A stretch of 64,000 nt of DNA from an uncultured Gammaproteobacteria bacterium (GTDB lineage: Bacteria; Patescibacteriota; Patescibacteriia; UBA9934; CAMTUG01), in NCBI GenBank assembly GCA_964588955.1, contig CAZPQJ010000007.1, positions 3,128 to 67,127 of the forward strand. The letters run 5' to 3'. Positions 19,098-28,829 of the stretch are shown here, one piece after another. Under the pieces are notes generated by a model, which saw only the letters and a program-made list of their open reading frames with translations, did no database searches and was not told the DNA's origin. Numbering within the stretch: position 1 is the first letter of the stretch; every line of letters begins with the position of its first letter. The position numbers were made by a program, and so were the translations under genes.

Positions 19098-20453
19098 TCA
19101 CACAATCAACGGCAACGGCCGCATTTCAGGTTCGCGCCCGCAGACAATATCTTCAATGCGGTATGTGCCGTGCGTCGGCGCTTCAACATATCCATTCCAA
19201 GCCATACGAGCAACACCCCCGGAGTTAATCCAATCAAACAGCCATTCGTTGATGTATCGAGGATCGGCCATTGGCACCCCTCCCCCCACATATTGCAACC
19301 AAACCTGATTAAATTTTTCTTGGCTGCCGATGGGCGGAGCGGCGATGATCGGCAACCCAAGAGAGGTGTAGAAACTTAACTCCGACGGCTTGGTCATGAG
19401 TACGTCTGTTTGATGAAGAAAATCGTTGAAACCTTGAAAATATGCTTGCCGGCTCTCAAACGTAGGGATGAGCAGACTTTTACCGATCTGCCGACCAAGC
19501 CCCATCTCCTTAGCGCTTTGTGCAAAATATTCCACCACCGGACCTTGCAGTCCACCCATTAAACATAACCGCACGCGGTTGCGCATGAGGAGCAGCTTTA
19601 AGGAACGCATCACCTCGACTCCCAGTTTCTTTTGCGCCCCCGCTCCGCCTACGGAAAACGTTAATGTTAGCGGATGAGTAGGTTTGGAAGTACACATGGC
19701 CATCGTTTTTCCAACTCGGGACTCGAGCACTTTTTGATAACGGGAAATAAAGATTCCTTTTGGATCCAAATTGCACAACCGCGCCATCAAATCTTTCTGC
19801 AATAATTTTTCTGGATACCCACCTATAAGATCCTTCGGTAACGGAAAACCAGTAAGGATGATTTGTTGTTCCGGTACGCCGTAGAGTTTCAAACGTTCCT
19901 GACAACGACCATTAGAAGCAAAATAGCGAATCTTGCTGGTTTTTGGATCAAGCGACACCCAGTGGCGGGCAATGTCGGCGTCGGTAGTCACACAATAAAT
20001 TTCCCCAGGGTAACCGAAATAATCCGCCATGAAAGCCACGGTAAAAAATGTTGTAACAATCGGCAAAGGATTTTGTCGCAGGCGATCAATAAGATCACGT
20101 CCTTGTCCCTTGGCAATTAAACGATAAATTTGTTTGAGCTGAAAACTCGGTTTAGAAAGATCGCGTCGCGGATAAAATGGAGGGATCTCTTGAAACTCAT
20201 CCATGATGCTAAAAGCCAGATCGCCAATAATGGGAATGGGCTTAAGGCGGGAGATGGTCTCATAGACCTGACGACTCGTTTGCCAGAGTTCTTTGTCTTT
20301 AGCGGGAATGCCTTTGTAGTTGTTGGCCGAAATGATTTCCCCTCCGCCCAAATCTTTCAAAGCAAAAGCGGCACGGGCGTGACCGTAGCCCATGTCAACG
20401 TCGATCACGTGGGCGAATTTTTCTTTGGAACCAATAGCGTGGTGATCCTTCAT
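19098..20453 (-). CDS. Hypothetical GT-B-fold-like protein
   Basis: DMGYGHARAA, TGFPLP and LMTKPSELSFY motifs resemble MGDG-synthase/UgtP-type glycosyltransferases. Confidence 0.65.
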   Translation of the reverse strand: MKDHHAIGSKEKFAHVIDVDMGYGHARAAFALKDLGGGEIISANNYKGIPAKDKELWQTSRQVYETISRLKPIPIIGDLAFSIMDEFQEIPPFYPRRDLSKPSFQLKQIYRLIAKGQGRDLIDRLRQNPLPIVTTFFTVAFMADYFGYPGEIYCVTTDADIARHWVSLDPKTSKIRYFASNGRCQERLKLYGVPEQQIILTGFPLPKDLIGGYPEKLLQKDLMARLCNLDPKGIFISRYQKVLESRVGKTMAMCTSKPTHPLTLTFSVGGAGAQKKLGVEVMRSLKLLLMRNRVRLCLMGGLQGPVVEYFAQSAKEMGLGRQIGKSLLIPTFESRQAYFQGFNDFLHQTDVLMTKPSELSFYTSLGLPIIAAPPIGSQEKFNQVWLQYVGGGVPMADPRYINEWLFDWINSGGVARMAWNGYVEAPTHGTYRIEDIVCGREPEMRPLPLIV

Positions 20454-20542
20454 AGTGTACGCATTTTAGCACACTTGACGATGCACTAAAACATCTTCCC
20501 ACTTTCTTTGTTCCGTCAAAGAAAGAGGAGGTTATGAAACCG

Positions 20543-20710
20543 TCCGGCCTATCCTGCGTTCGCCGGGCCAGTAGCGGCAGAACATCCCTTGCTGCGGAAC
20601 TCGCTTCTCGGCTAACAAGATAAATAAGCCTCGTACGCTCAAACAATCCTCGCTTCTGAAGGAAAGGATGTTCTGCCGCACTGGCTCCGTCGTACTCGGA
20701 ACGGCCGGGG
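20543..20710. repeat. Long hairpin element (family C, single copy here)
   Basis: ccagtagcggcagaacatcc pairs with ggatgttctgccgcactgg; outer ccggcc/ggccgg. Confidence 0.65.
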
Positions 20711-20732
20711 GCGAACGGGCAAGGGGCGAACG

Positions 20733-20795
20733 GGACACGGACGGGGCTAATGTTGCTCCGCAGAGCAGAACAGCCGACCAACGGTTCGAGCGACG
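20733..20795 (+). repeat. Family-A element, left arm only
   Basis: gttgctccgcagagcagaacagccgaccaacggttcgagcgacg is identical to copy 1. Confidence 0.85.
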
Positions 20796-20829
20796 AGGGT
20801 TAGTTTCAAAAGCGCTTATCGTGGACGCA

Positions 20830-20953
20830 CGGATTTCAGAAAATGGATGAGATACGAAGTCTTGGAGGCGAAGCAGGCTGCCGAGGCGTATGCACTGATA
20901 CGGTGAGGCAGCTGCGAGCCGAAAGACGAGTAGCTCGCCATTTTCTAAATCCG
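20830..20953. repeat. Family-B long palindromic element, copy 2
   Basis: Outer cggattt..agaaaatgg/ccattttctaaatccg; apical CGTAT-gcactg-ATACG. Confidence 0.75.
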
Positions 20954-21003
20954 CGGAAATATAAAAACCCCTCAGGTTACCCTAAGGAGTTTTTATATTT
21001 CCG
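20954..21003 (-). terminator. Terminator-like hairpin after the RRM gene
   Basis: cggaaatataaaaac...gtttttatatttccg inverted repeat. Confidence 0.6.
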
Positions 21004-21004
21004 A

Positions 21005-21253
21005 TTACTCGCGAGGAGCTTTCGGGCGAGCCACGTCGAGGTGGATCGGACGGCCGTCGATTTCGCTTCCGTCGAGTTCAGCGATAGCCTTTTGGGCTTC
21101 CTCTGCAGTCGAGAAGGTTACGAATCCGAAGCCTTTCTTCATAGGAACGTACACGTCGGTCACGGTTCCAACGCCAGCAAAGTGGTCGCGGACCATGTCC
21201 TCGGTAGCTCCGAAGGAAAGGTTGCCGATGAACAGGCGATTGCCATTGTCCAT
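21005..21253 (-). CDS. RNA-binding protein (single RRM)
   Basis: RNP2 LFIGNL and RNP1 KGFGFVTF motifs. Confidence 0.92.
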   Translation of the reverse strand: MDNGNRLFIGNLSFGATEDMVRDHFAGVGTVTDVYVPMKKGFGFVTFSTAEEAQKAIAELDGSEIDGRPIHLDVARPKAPRE

Positions 21254-21349
21254 AGTTTTCGGTTAGGGGTATCTGCGCTCCGCCGTTCGCGGTCGTTGTT
21301 CGACGCTCGCTCGGTCGTCAGTACCGGATGAATTACGAGAACTACTATA

Positions 21350-22393
21350 TCACGAAACGGCCTTTTTGTCAATGGGGGTCGTCGATTTCCTTAGCCATTC
21401 CTTAAAAAATCTGCCAATTTGACCAGAAGCATGAGCCAAACCTATAGCCATAAACACCGCGTCGCGCAGGCGAATAATCAACACCAAGGCCAAGGCATTA
21501 ATCGTCACTCCAAGAAGGGCAAATAGACCGGTATTTGAGGCTTCCAGGAACCCTAACCCTCCTGGCACAGGAATCAGCAGCGCAAAACCAGGAATCGTGC
21601 TCGACAAAAGCGCCTGAGTAAAATTCAACGAGACCCCAAGAAAATGCGCAATAAACCAATTCTCAAACGTGCGGAAAGAAATCATCACCATCGACAAAAT
21701 AAGCAGCCACAAGATCATGAGCGGGCGATCACGTAAAAACGTTGTCATTTGTGCCTCCATCCCCTTCAACCATTCCTCCACATGATGAAACCGTTTGACG
21801 CGATTCAGCCTCAGCGAACGAAAAATGATCTGAAAGAATCCTTTGCCGGAAACCGTCGCGTAATAAAATGTTCCCACAACAGCCATAAAGATTAGCAACC
21901 CTGCGCCAACAATCACCCCCGCATTTCCAAGCGCCACCCCGCTCACAATCGCCAAAATAAATCCAATGGCAATAAAAAAGATAAACGCCGTGGTCTCGAA
22001 CGCCAAATCAATCACGACAGAACTCGTCGCGTGCTTGACCGGCACCCCATCTTCCGCCAGCAATCCCACACGAATCGGTTCAGAACCGAAAATTGACAGC
22101 GGCAAAATATACATAAACGCGTACCCAGACATGCGGTGCAAGTACAACCGCAAAAAGCCTAAGCGCTGTTTGCGCGGCAACCCTTCATTTACAATCACCC
22201 GCCAGCGATACACGTATAAGGCAAAATTGATCATTGAGGTAACGACATAAGCAGCGAACGGTGCAAAACCGAAGGCTAACAAGGTCATTACCACATTCTG
22301 TGGCCCTTCTTTCCAAATGAGTCCTGCCAAAATCGCCAAGCCCACGAGCAAAAGAAAAACAAATCCACCAATACGTTTCACGGCTATATGCAT
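21350..22393 (-). CDS. Lysylphosphatidylglycerol synthase TM-region (flippase-like) protein
   Basis: Multi-TM; RW, GSEPIR, PVPGGLGFLE and IIR motifs. Confidence 0.8.
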   Translation of the reverse strand: MHIAVKRIGGFVFLLLVGLAILAGLIWKEGPQNVVMTLLAFGFAPFAAYVVTSMINFALYVYRWRVIVNEGLPRKQRLGFLRLYLHRMSGYAFMYILPLSIFGSEPIRVGLLAEDGVPVKHATSSVVIDLAFETTAFIFFIAIGFILAIVSGVALGNAGVIVGAGLLIFMAVVGTFYYATVSGKGFFQIIFRSLRLNRVKRFHHVEEWLKGMEAQMTTFLRDRPLMILWLLILSMVMISFRTFENWFIAHFLGVSLNFTQALLSSTIPGFALLIPVPGGLGFLEASNTGLFALLGVTINALALVLIIRLRDAVFMAIGLAHASGQIGRFFKEWLRKSTTPIDKKAVS

Positions 22394-22410
22394 ACTCCAA
22401 ACATCATACC

Positions 22411-22440
22411 AAAAACCAGTGGTTTGTGACCACTGGTTTT
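22411..22440 (-). terminator. Intrinsic terminator after hup
   Basis: aaaaccagtggt-ttgtg-accactggtttt. Confidence 0.7.
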
Positions 22441-22444
22441 GATC

Positions 22445-22480
22445 CTCTCCTCCCCTTTCAAAGGGGAGGCTGGGAGGGGG
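22445..22480. repeat. REP-like palindrome (intergenic copy)
   Basis: ctctcctcccctt-tca-aaggggaggctgggagggg. Confidence 0.75.
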
Positions 22481-22484
22481 CTTT

Positions 22485-22766
22485 CTAAAGAACCGCTTCC
22501 TTGGCAGCTTTGGCCACGCGGAACTTCACCACCGTCTTCGCTGGAATCTGAATGGTAGCGCCCGTAGCCGGGTTGCGACCTGAGCGAGCAGCACGGTGCA
22601 CTTTGACCATTTTTCCCAAACCGTTCAAAGCAAACTCTCCGTTGGACTTCACTTGAGCGTAGGCGAGCTCAACGAGCTTGTCCATGAACATGCTCACGTC
22701 TTTCTTGGACATGCCGGTTTTTTCGGCGAGGGTCTGGAGCAACTGTGACTTGGTCATCTTAGCCAT
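22485..22766 (-). CDS. hup: DNA-binding protein HU
   Basis: RAARSGRNPATGATIQIPAKTVVKF motif. Confidence 0.95.
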   Translation of the reverse strand: MAKMTKSQLLQTLAEKTGMSKKDVSMFMDKLVELAYAQVKSNGEFALNGLGKMVKVHRAARSGRNPATGATIQIPAKTVVKFRVAKAAKEAVL

Positions 22767-22868
22767 AAGGTTGGTGTGCGGCGAACCGCGTGATTAATTT
22801 TCGGAACAAAGGTTCCCTAACTGGCAATAAGTATAGCAAACCCCTGTTTTCTTGGGAATAGTGACAGG

Positions 22869-23120
22869 TTACTCTTCGTTCTCGGTTGCCTTGACAAGCC
22901 GAACCACCTCAGTGTCCATCTCGTCGACAATCCCGGCAATCTCCCCATCGATCTTCGCCTGTATTTGACGATTTTCCTCTAACGTTTGCGCCATTTTCTG
23001 ATCAACCTCCTCCATAAGCCGCGAAGTTTCCTCAATCGCTGCTTGGGTTTTGTCGATTTCTTTGGCCGTGGCATCGAGCATCTCCTGCTCTTCTGTGTCT
23101 TGTGGATGTTGGGGCTTCAT
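22869..23120 (-). CDS. Small acidic coiled-coil hypothetical protein
   Basis: Starts 3 nt after the stop of the giant ORF; heptad-like pattern. Confidence 0.65.
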   Translation of the reverse strand: MKPQHPQDTEEQEMLDATAKEIDKTQAAIEETSRLMEEVDQKMAQTLEENRQIQAKIDGEIAGIVDEMDTEVVRLVKATENEE

Positions 23121-23123
23121 AGA

Positions 23124-26100
23124 TTATCCAAGCAGAAACTTAAGAAACTTCTTCATGAGAGACTTTCCTACGGCCTGTTTCTTTCCACCCCCCACTTTGT
23201 CCGCCAACAAGGATTCAAAGAAATCTGTCTGCGAGTCCCGACCACTCAAATCCCCAGAGACGCGTTCGTAGCCCTTACGCAATACTTGGTCAGTAATATA
23301 TTCTGGCGAATCTTTGCCAACCGAATCATTCCACTTCTCCACCATGGATTTAACGCGTGATTTACCACGCTCAACAGCCCCGCTCTTTTGTTCCTCTTCA
23401 TCCACGTCGTCTTGTTGCGACTTAACCAGCGCATCTACTTGATCGTTAGAAAAACCTAAGTTAGCGGCAATGTCTGGACGCATACCCCAATCCTTCATTT
23501 GATCGGCAGTAACGGTCGACAAGTCCACTTTCGTCTCATTCCCATCTTTATCCACATAATTTCTCTGGTTCGTATCTGGATCAATCACCAACTTTTCCTG
23601 GGCGCCCAAATCAATCACCCAACGATTTTCCGCATCTCTACTGATGCGATTCGGACGCGGAGCTACTTCCGGTTTTGGCACCGCCGCCGGCTCTGCTGCC
23701 TTACCACGTTTAATCTCATCAGACTGCTTATCTAAAGCCGTATTGGAATCAGTCAACGTAGCAACTTCCTGATTCAGACGCGCGATCACGGATTTCTCTT
23801 GCGCCACTTTTCCTTCTAACTCTTTCTTGTGGGCGGCAAGTTGATCCATCGATGTTTTAATCGTCTTCACGCCACCCATCTTGGCCTCTTTAAAGGCTTT
23901 TAATCTCTGTTCAAGACCATTTAAGTGACCATCCACGGCATCAAGCCGATCCTGGTTTTTCTCTTTTGACTCAGCCACCTTACGCTGTTGTTCTTTAAGG
24001 ATCTTAAGAGCCTGTTCGTTGGCCGCCTTCTTTTCCTCCAACCGAGCGACCATACGATCACGCGCTTCGTTGGCACGACGCTCAAAATCCTCTTTTTGCT
24101 GCAACAAGTTTCCTCTCTTACCTTCCAAGGCATTCCACTCTTCTTGCAAACGTTCCCCCGCCTCTTCAAAATCCTTAATCTGTTTGTCGAAACCCGCTTG
24201 ATCAGCCGCAGAAATTCCATGGGCGGCAGCCCCCTCCAACCCAAGCGTTACGTTGATTTTGGCATACTCCTCCTTCAAGTTTTCAACATTTTTTCGCACA
24301 CGAGCAGCGCCAACTTTTGTCGCGTCAACTTCCAGCGCCTTTTTTTCCTTCTGCTTATCAAGATCTTTAATTTTCCCTTCCACCCTGTTAATCAGTCGCT
24401 GATCGTTCCAAACACTCAAACGATCAATAGGGCTAGAAAAGCGCCTCTCAATACTTTCATACAAATCCGCAATAAACCCTTTGCTCTCCGTGGTTAATGC
24501 GGCCGCTTCTTTACCCGCTTCCTCCCCCATTGTGTCGCGCACAAGATCCGAAAAACTCCCCTCATAAGCAGGGGCGTCCGCCTTCTTGTCCGTTCCCGCG
24601 TCTTTTACCTCAGTCTCAACCTCCACTTCAACAGGCTCGCCCGCTTTCGCGCTTGGATCCTCAAATCTTCGTTCCATAGATTTGTTTATATTTCCTCCGG
24701 TGACTTTAGGTTTAATTTTTATGTGGGCGGTTTGATGCATTTGTTCTGCAACCCAGGCTTCTTTTTCTGGCCCAAGCGTCTCTCGTAATGTTGGAGAATG
24801 CAAGAGCTGTTGACTCATTTGATTGGCCAAACCAACAATCAACACGCGCTGGCGATTGGCCACCGCATCATCCCCCGCTTGGACGGCCGCGTTAAAATCA
24901 TCGACTGCCTGATCATAGGCGGTCTCCAGTTTCCCAAAAGCTACTGACTCTGGCGTCTCGGGTTTAGGTTCTTCTTCTACGGGCACAGGCGATACAACTT
25001 CCGGTTGTTTTTGCATGGCCGCCGCAAACGCTTTTCCTTCAGCCACTGCTTGCTGCAAATAAACTTCTCCGCCAGGAACAAGCAATCGCCGCTTTTTCAA
25101 CTGCTCCACGGTCATCAAACCATCCACTAATTCTTGGAAATAGATAAATCGATCTGGCTGCTTCAATTTCTTCGTGTCCCAAATATCCGTCCGCTGGGCT
25201 GTAACTTCGAGCAATTTTTCCAAGTCCCGAGCAGGTACTTCCGTGCCAGCCAGACGAGATTTCATAGGGCGTCGTCCGTAAGTGGCGCCGAGTTCAGGCG
25301 TCGGGGCGGAAGGAATCGTTTTTCTGTCCGCCTCTGGACGCAACCAATTTCTCAAACGTGCAAAGATCCCCGCGGGACGTTTTTGATCACCAACAGGCTG
25401 GGCATTTTCCGCGTAGACAAAACGTCTTGGTGCGGGCGCGGGGCGGTCGAGAACATCGATCTGATCATACAAAGGAGCCAACGTGTCCTTATACTGTTCG
25501 ACAAAGGCTGGAAAGTCAGAAAAACAGTCTTCTAGACGGTCTACCCTGAATGCGGCTTGCAAGTAGGCAACATCTGGTTGATCGCCCGCTAACTGACGAC
25601 GATATTGATCAACAATCAAACGACGATCCATAGAATCAAACGCGTTGAATCGCGCGTCCGGCAGGTTGGCGATACGCTCTTCCAACAGAAGCAACGCATT
25701 CTGGCGCTCTGTCCATCGCTGCGCCTCGGCAGACGTTAAGGTGTTTTCCACTGGACGATTGCGATCCGCAGCCGGAAGTATCCCCGCTTCCGTGTGTTCA
25801 TCGGGAGAAATCAATTGATCACGGCGTGCCTCAAGATTCTTTTGCAATCCGCGCAGCGCCTGCACGCGCTCACCCAACAAACCGTCCCGGGAATTTTGCA
25901 CCATCATCACAAGCTGTGCCGTCATGCGATCATTCGCTCGCGGATCGGCCAACAACTCCCCAATCACACGGCGACGTTCATCCATCGACACAGAATTTTT
26001 CCAAATGGTCGGATCCCCCGCTAAGGCCTCAATTTGATCTCGAAATGCCATCTCTGCGGCGCGATATTCTCCACTCTTCGGATCAATCTCAGCCGAAGTT

Positions 26101-28757
26101 GCGGACCAGCGGCGCTGTAACACAGACATCGATGACGAGTAACCCCTCTCATCTAATTGCTGTCTGAGTTCTTCACGTTGGGCAGACAAATCTTCCAAAT
26201 CATTTCCTAACAATCGAAGAGCCTGAGGGTCGTTACTCCCTTGTGCGCGCAAATCCTCATCCGGCATGCTCTCACTGTCTGCAGCCAGCAACAAAACTTC
26301 CAGTGGCGTCGTAAACGCTCCCCACTGACCAGGGTCGCCAATCTCCGCGGCGATGCGTTGTTCTACCTCTCGTAATTCTTCCAACCAACGATCCTCCTCA
26401 GCTTCCTCCTCGGCCATACTTCGCAAACCAGCCTTCTCCATGGTCGGCAGCGGCACAGCTCCTCCCGGCGTTGGAGTCATATCGACCCCTGGGGAGGTGT
26501 CGGGCATCGCAGCACCTTGAGCAATCAAATTATCAACCGTTGCAGATGCAACCGACCGCCCTTTTTCGGCCAGTGCCTGAATTTCTTTTACTAATGCCTG
26601 ATCAGATTCCAAATCTGGAAAGGCCTCCAGCAACGGCTCTATTTCTCCAGCCAAATCAATAAAACGCTGATTGATTTCCGCCCGCTCTTCGTCTGTATCT
26701 GCCAGGGCCAATGCGTTCGACAACGCGTCCCATCGCTCCACCAAAGGTTGATAGAAACCCGCGGCTTCGTGTTCCGCCGTCTGAGCTACAGCAGCCATAG
26801 AGGCATCAACAGCGGCATCGACGGGGGTGGAATCTATTGTCGCTGATCCTGTCACCGCCTCTACGACTGCACGCTTGGCTTCCATATACGGAGCCATGGC
26901 TCGCGTGAAAAGATCTTTAAATAGCTCCTGCTGCTTTTTCTTTTTTACCACTCCGTCTGGAATCGTAATCACACCCGTGACTTTGTACTCATTTATCGCC
27001 GCGATTAACTGCTGTTCTCGTGTCAGATCACCTTTCTTCGCTTTTTTCCAAATTCCAGACGAAGAAGGAGCCAAATTCTCCAGCACTGCAATTGTGGCTG
27101 CCCGTTCCGTTTCCCTAAATGCATCTACTTTTTGAATCGAGGCATCGATCAAAGCCTCACGAGCAGATCGTCTCATTCCTACCGAATCCTCAAGCGCTTT
27201 TGAGGGCAAGTGATAGGTGCGTTTCGAAGCCGACGTTGCCGCTGCAGCAACATCTGCTTGACGTTGTGCTTCTTCCGCTTCCGCCTGTTCTTTTGCCTCC
27301 ACGATACTTTCAACCAATTGGGCAAACGCTCGCACGTCGTCTCCTTCAAACTCCGGCTCCCGTACAGTTTGCAACGCCTCCTGACGAATCGCCTCGGCTT
27401 CTGCCGACGTACCCGCGGCTTCAATCCGTTCCGTAAAGGTACTAATAGTTTGTTGTTGCTCTACTTTTTTTGCCTCGGCTGCCTCCTGCTGTTTTGCTTC
27501 TACAATCGGCTGGACGCGAGCACTAAAATCCGCGGTTCCTTTTGCGCTATAGGCTGGTGGAACCATCACCTTAGCTGCCTCTGAAATGAGATCCCAAACC
27601 TCATCGAGCGTTCCCGCCTGTTCGATGCGTTGAAAAAACTCATCCGCCACCCGCTGGTGCTCCAGGCGATCCGCTTCCTTTTGCGCTTCACGCGCGTCCT
27701 TGTCTGCTTTCCATTTTGCCTCGAACTCACCTTGAACAATCCCTTTCTCTACCTCTTTTTCTAACAAATCATCGTGCACAACGTCTAACAACACCTCTGG
27801 AGTCGTTGTTAACGCTTCTGCCTTTTTCTTGAATGCCTCACGTGCGGCATCTTTTGCATCACCATCTTCCATCTTTTGCCACGCCTGCATGTCACGCACG
27901 ATCTCCGCGACACTGGTCTCAATAGCCTGTCGATTCTTTATCCAATCATCTTTTGATTGAGCCTTAATAAACCCCGGGTATCCCTCTTTTTTAGCGAACA
28001 CCTCAACAGAGTCCCGTTGCTGTTGCGTCAAGTCATCGAGTAAATCTCTCAACAACGCTTGCTCAGTCTGCCTCACCCCTTTTGTCTTGCCAAAACGCAT
28101 TTCTCTCGGCTTGCGTTCCAACTGACGCAGACTCACATCTAACGCGTCTTGCTGATCGGCGAATGCAGCAAACTTGACCACATCATCCGTACGATTAGCA
28201 AAAAAGGGGTATTGCGACGGATCAAGTCCGCTGCGCTTGGCTTTTAACCACAGTTGCAACATCTCGCGTCCGTGCTGCGTTGCCTTAAACATTTTGTCTG
28301 CTTTACGCTGTTCACCGACCGCAACATCTAATTCACGTCGTTTGAGAAAAAACGGATCGTCTTTCTGATCTGCCCCCTTGGTCGTATCAGCAGAAGCATC
28401 ACCGATTTTCGTATCAGGTTGGACATCAGGATTCGATTTTGACCTACCGTCTTGCGACCCGGCCCCCGCGCGACCGAGGATGCGATCTAATTCTTCCGCG
28501 ACCTTATTCGCCGTCTTTAGTCCATCTGCTTTAAAACCTTTATTAAACGCTTGTATATCACCCGATGCAATAAACTCATCTATGTGTTTGTGGCGTTTTA
28601 TTTCTGTATTTAAATCAGCACTCCATTTTTTTACAAAAAGAGGATTCAACAATTTCTTCCAGGCATTTTCTAGGTCCTCGGCACGCTTCTCTTCTTGCTT
28701 TTTTGCTGCTTCCACATTTGCAGCCGCTTCCGCAAAGGCGTTTTCTTCCTCGACCAT
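23124..28757 (-). CDS. Giant (1877 aa) charged alpha-helical/coiled-coil hypothetical protein
   Basis: Uninterrupted ORF rich in E/A/K/Q/D; no signal peptide or recognisable catalytic motif. Confidence 0.85.
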   Translation of the reverse strand: MVEEENAFAEAAANVEAAKKQEEKRAEDLENAWKKLLNPLFVKKWSADLNTEIKRHKHIDEFIASGDIQAFNKGFKADGLKTANKVAEELDRILGRAGAGSQDGRSKSNPDVQPDTKIGDASADTTKGADQKDDPFFLKRRELDVAVGEQRKADKMFKATQHGREMLQLWLKAKRSGLDPSQYPFFANRTDDVVKFAAFADQQDALDVSLRQLERKPREMRFGKTKGVRQTEQALLRDLLDDLTQQQRDSVEVFAKKEGYPGFIKAQSKDDWIKNRQAIETSVAEIVRDMQAWQKMEDGDAKDAAREAFKKKAEALTTTPEVLLDVVHDDLLEKEVEKGIVQGEFEAKWKADKDAREAQKEADRLEHQRVADEFFQRIEQAGTLDEVWDLISEAAKVMVPPAYSAKGTADFSARVQPIVEAKQQEAAEAKKVEQQQTISTFTERIEAAGTSAEAEAIRQEALQTVREPEFEGDDVRAFAQLVESIVEAKEQAEAEEAQRQADVAAAATSASKRTYHLPSKALEDSVGMRRSAREALIDASIQKVDAFRETERAATIAVLENLAPSSSGIWKKAKKGDLTREQQLIAAINEYKVTGVITIPDGVVKKKKQQELFKDLFTRAMAPYMEAKRAVVEAVTGSATIDSTPVDAAVDASMAAVAQTAEHEAAGFYQPLVERWDALSNALALADTDEERAEINQRFIDLAGEIEPLLEAFPDLESDQALVKEIQALAEKGRSVASATVDNLIAQGAAMPDTSPGVDMTPTPGGAVPLPTMEKAGLRSMAEEEAEEDRWLEELREVEQRIAAEIGDPGQWGAFTTPLEVLLLAADSESMPDEDLRAQGSNDPQALRLLGNDLEDLSAQREELRQQLDERGYSSSMSVLQRRWSATSAEIDPKSGEYRAAEMAFRDQIEALAGDPTIWKNSVSMDERRRVIGELLADPRANDRMTAQLVMMVQNSRDGLLGERVQALRGLQKNLEARRDQLISPDEHTEAGILPAADRNRPVENTLTSAEAQRWTERQNALLLLEERIANLPDARFNAFDSMDRRLIVDQYRRQLAGDQPDVAYLQAAFRVDRLEDCFSDFPAFVEQYKDTLAPLYDQIDVLDRPAPAPRRFVYAENAQPVGDQKRPAGIFARLRNWLRPEADRKTIPSAPTPELGATYGRRPMKSRLAGTEVPARDLEKLLEVTAQRTDIWDTKKLKQPDRFIYFQELVDGLMTVEQLKKRRLLVPGGEVYLQQAVAEGKAFAAAMQKQPEVVSPVPVEEEPKPETPESVAFGKLETAYDQAVDDFNAAVQAGDDAVANRQRVLIVGLANQMSQQLLHSPTLRETLGPEKEAWVAEQMHQTAHIKIKPKVTGGNINKSMERRFEDPSAKAGEPVEVEVETEVKDAGTDKKADAPAYEGSFSDLVRDTMGEEAGKEAAALTTESKGFIADLYESIERRFSSPIDRLSVWNDQRLINRVEGKIKDLDKQKEKKALEVDATKVGAARVRKNVENLKEEYAKINVTLGLEGAAAHGISAADQAGFDKQIKDFEEAGERLQEEWNALEGKRGNLLQQKEDFERRANEARDRMVARLEEKKAANEQALKILKEQQRKVAESKEKNQDRLDAVDGHLNGLEQRLKAFKEAKMGGVKTIKTSMDQLAAHKKELEGKVAQEKSVIARLNQEVATLTDSNTALDKQSDEIKRGKAAEPAAVPKPEVAPRPNRISRDAENRWVIDLGAQEKLVIDPDTNQRNYVDKDGNETKVDLSTVTADQMKDWGMRPDIAANLGFSNDQVDALVKSQQDDVDEEEQKSGAVERGKSRVKSMVEKWNDSVGKDSPEYITDQVLRKGYERVSGDLSGRDSQTDFFESLLADKVGGGKKQAVGKSLMKKFLKFLLG

Positions 28758-28829
28758 AAAGGTATAGCTATGAACACTCAGCGTTTAAGGCAATGTTCGA
28801 GGCAATCATATCACGCACCGGCAACTTCC

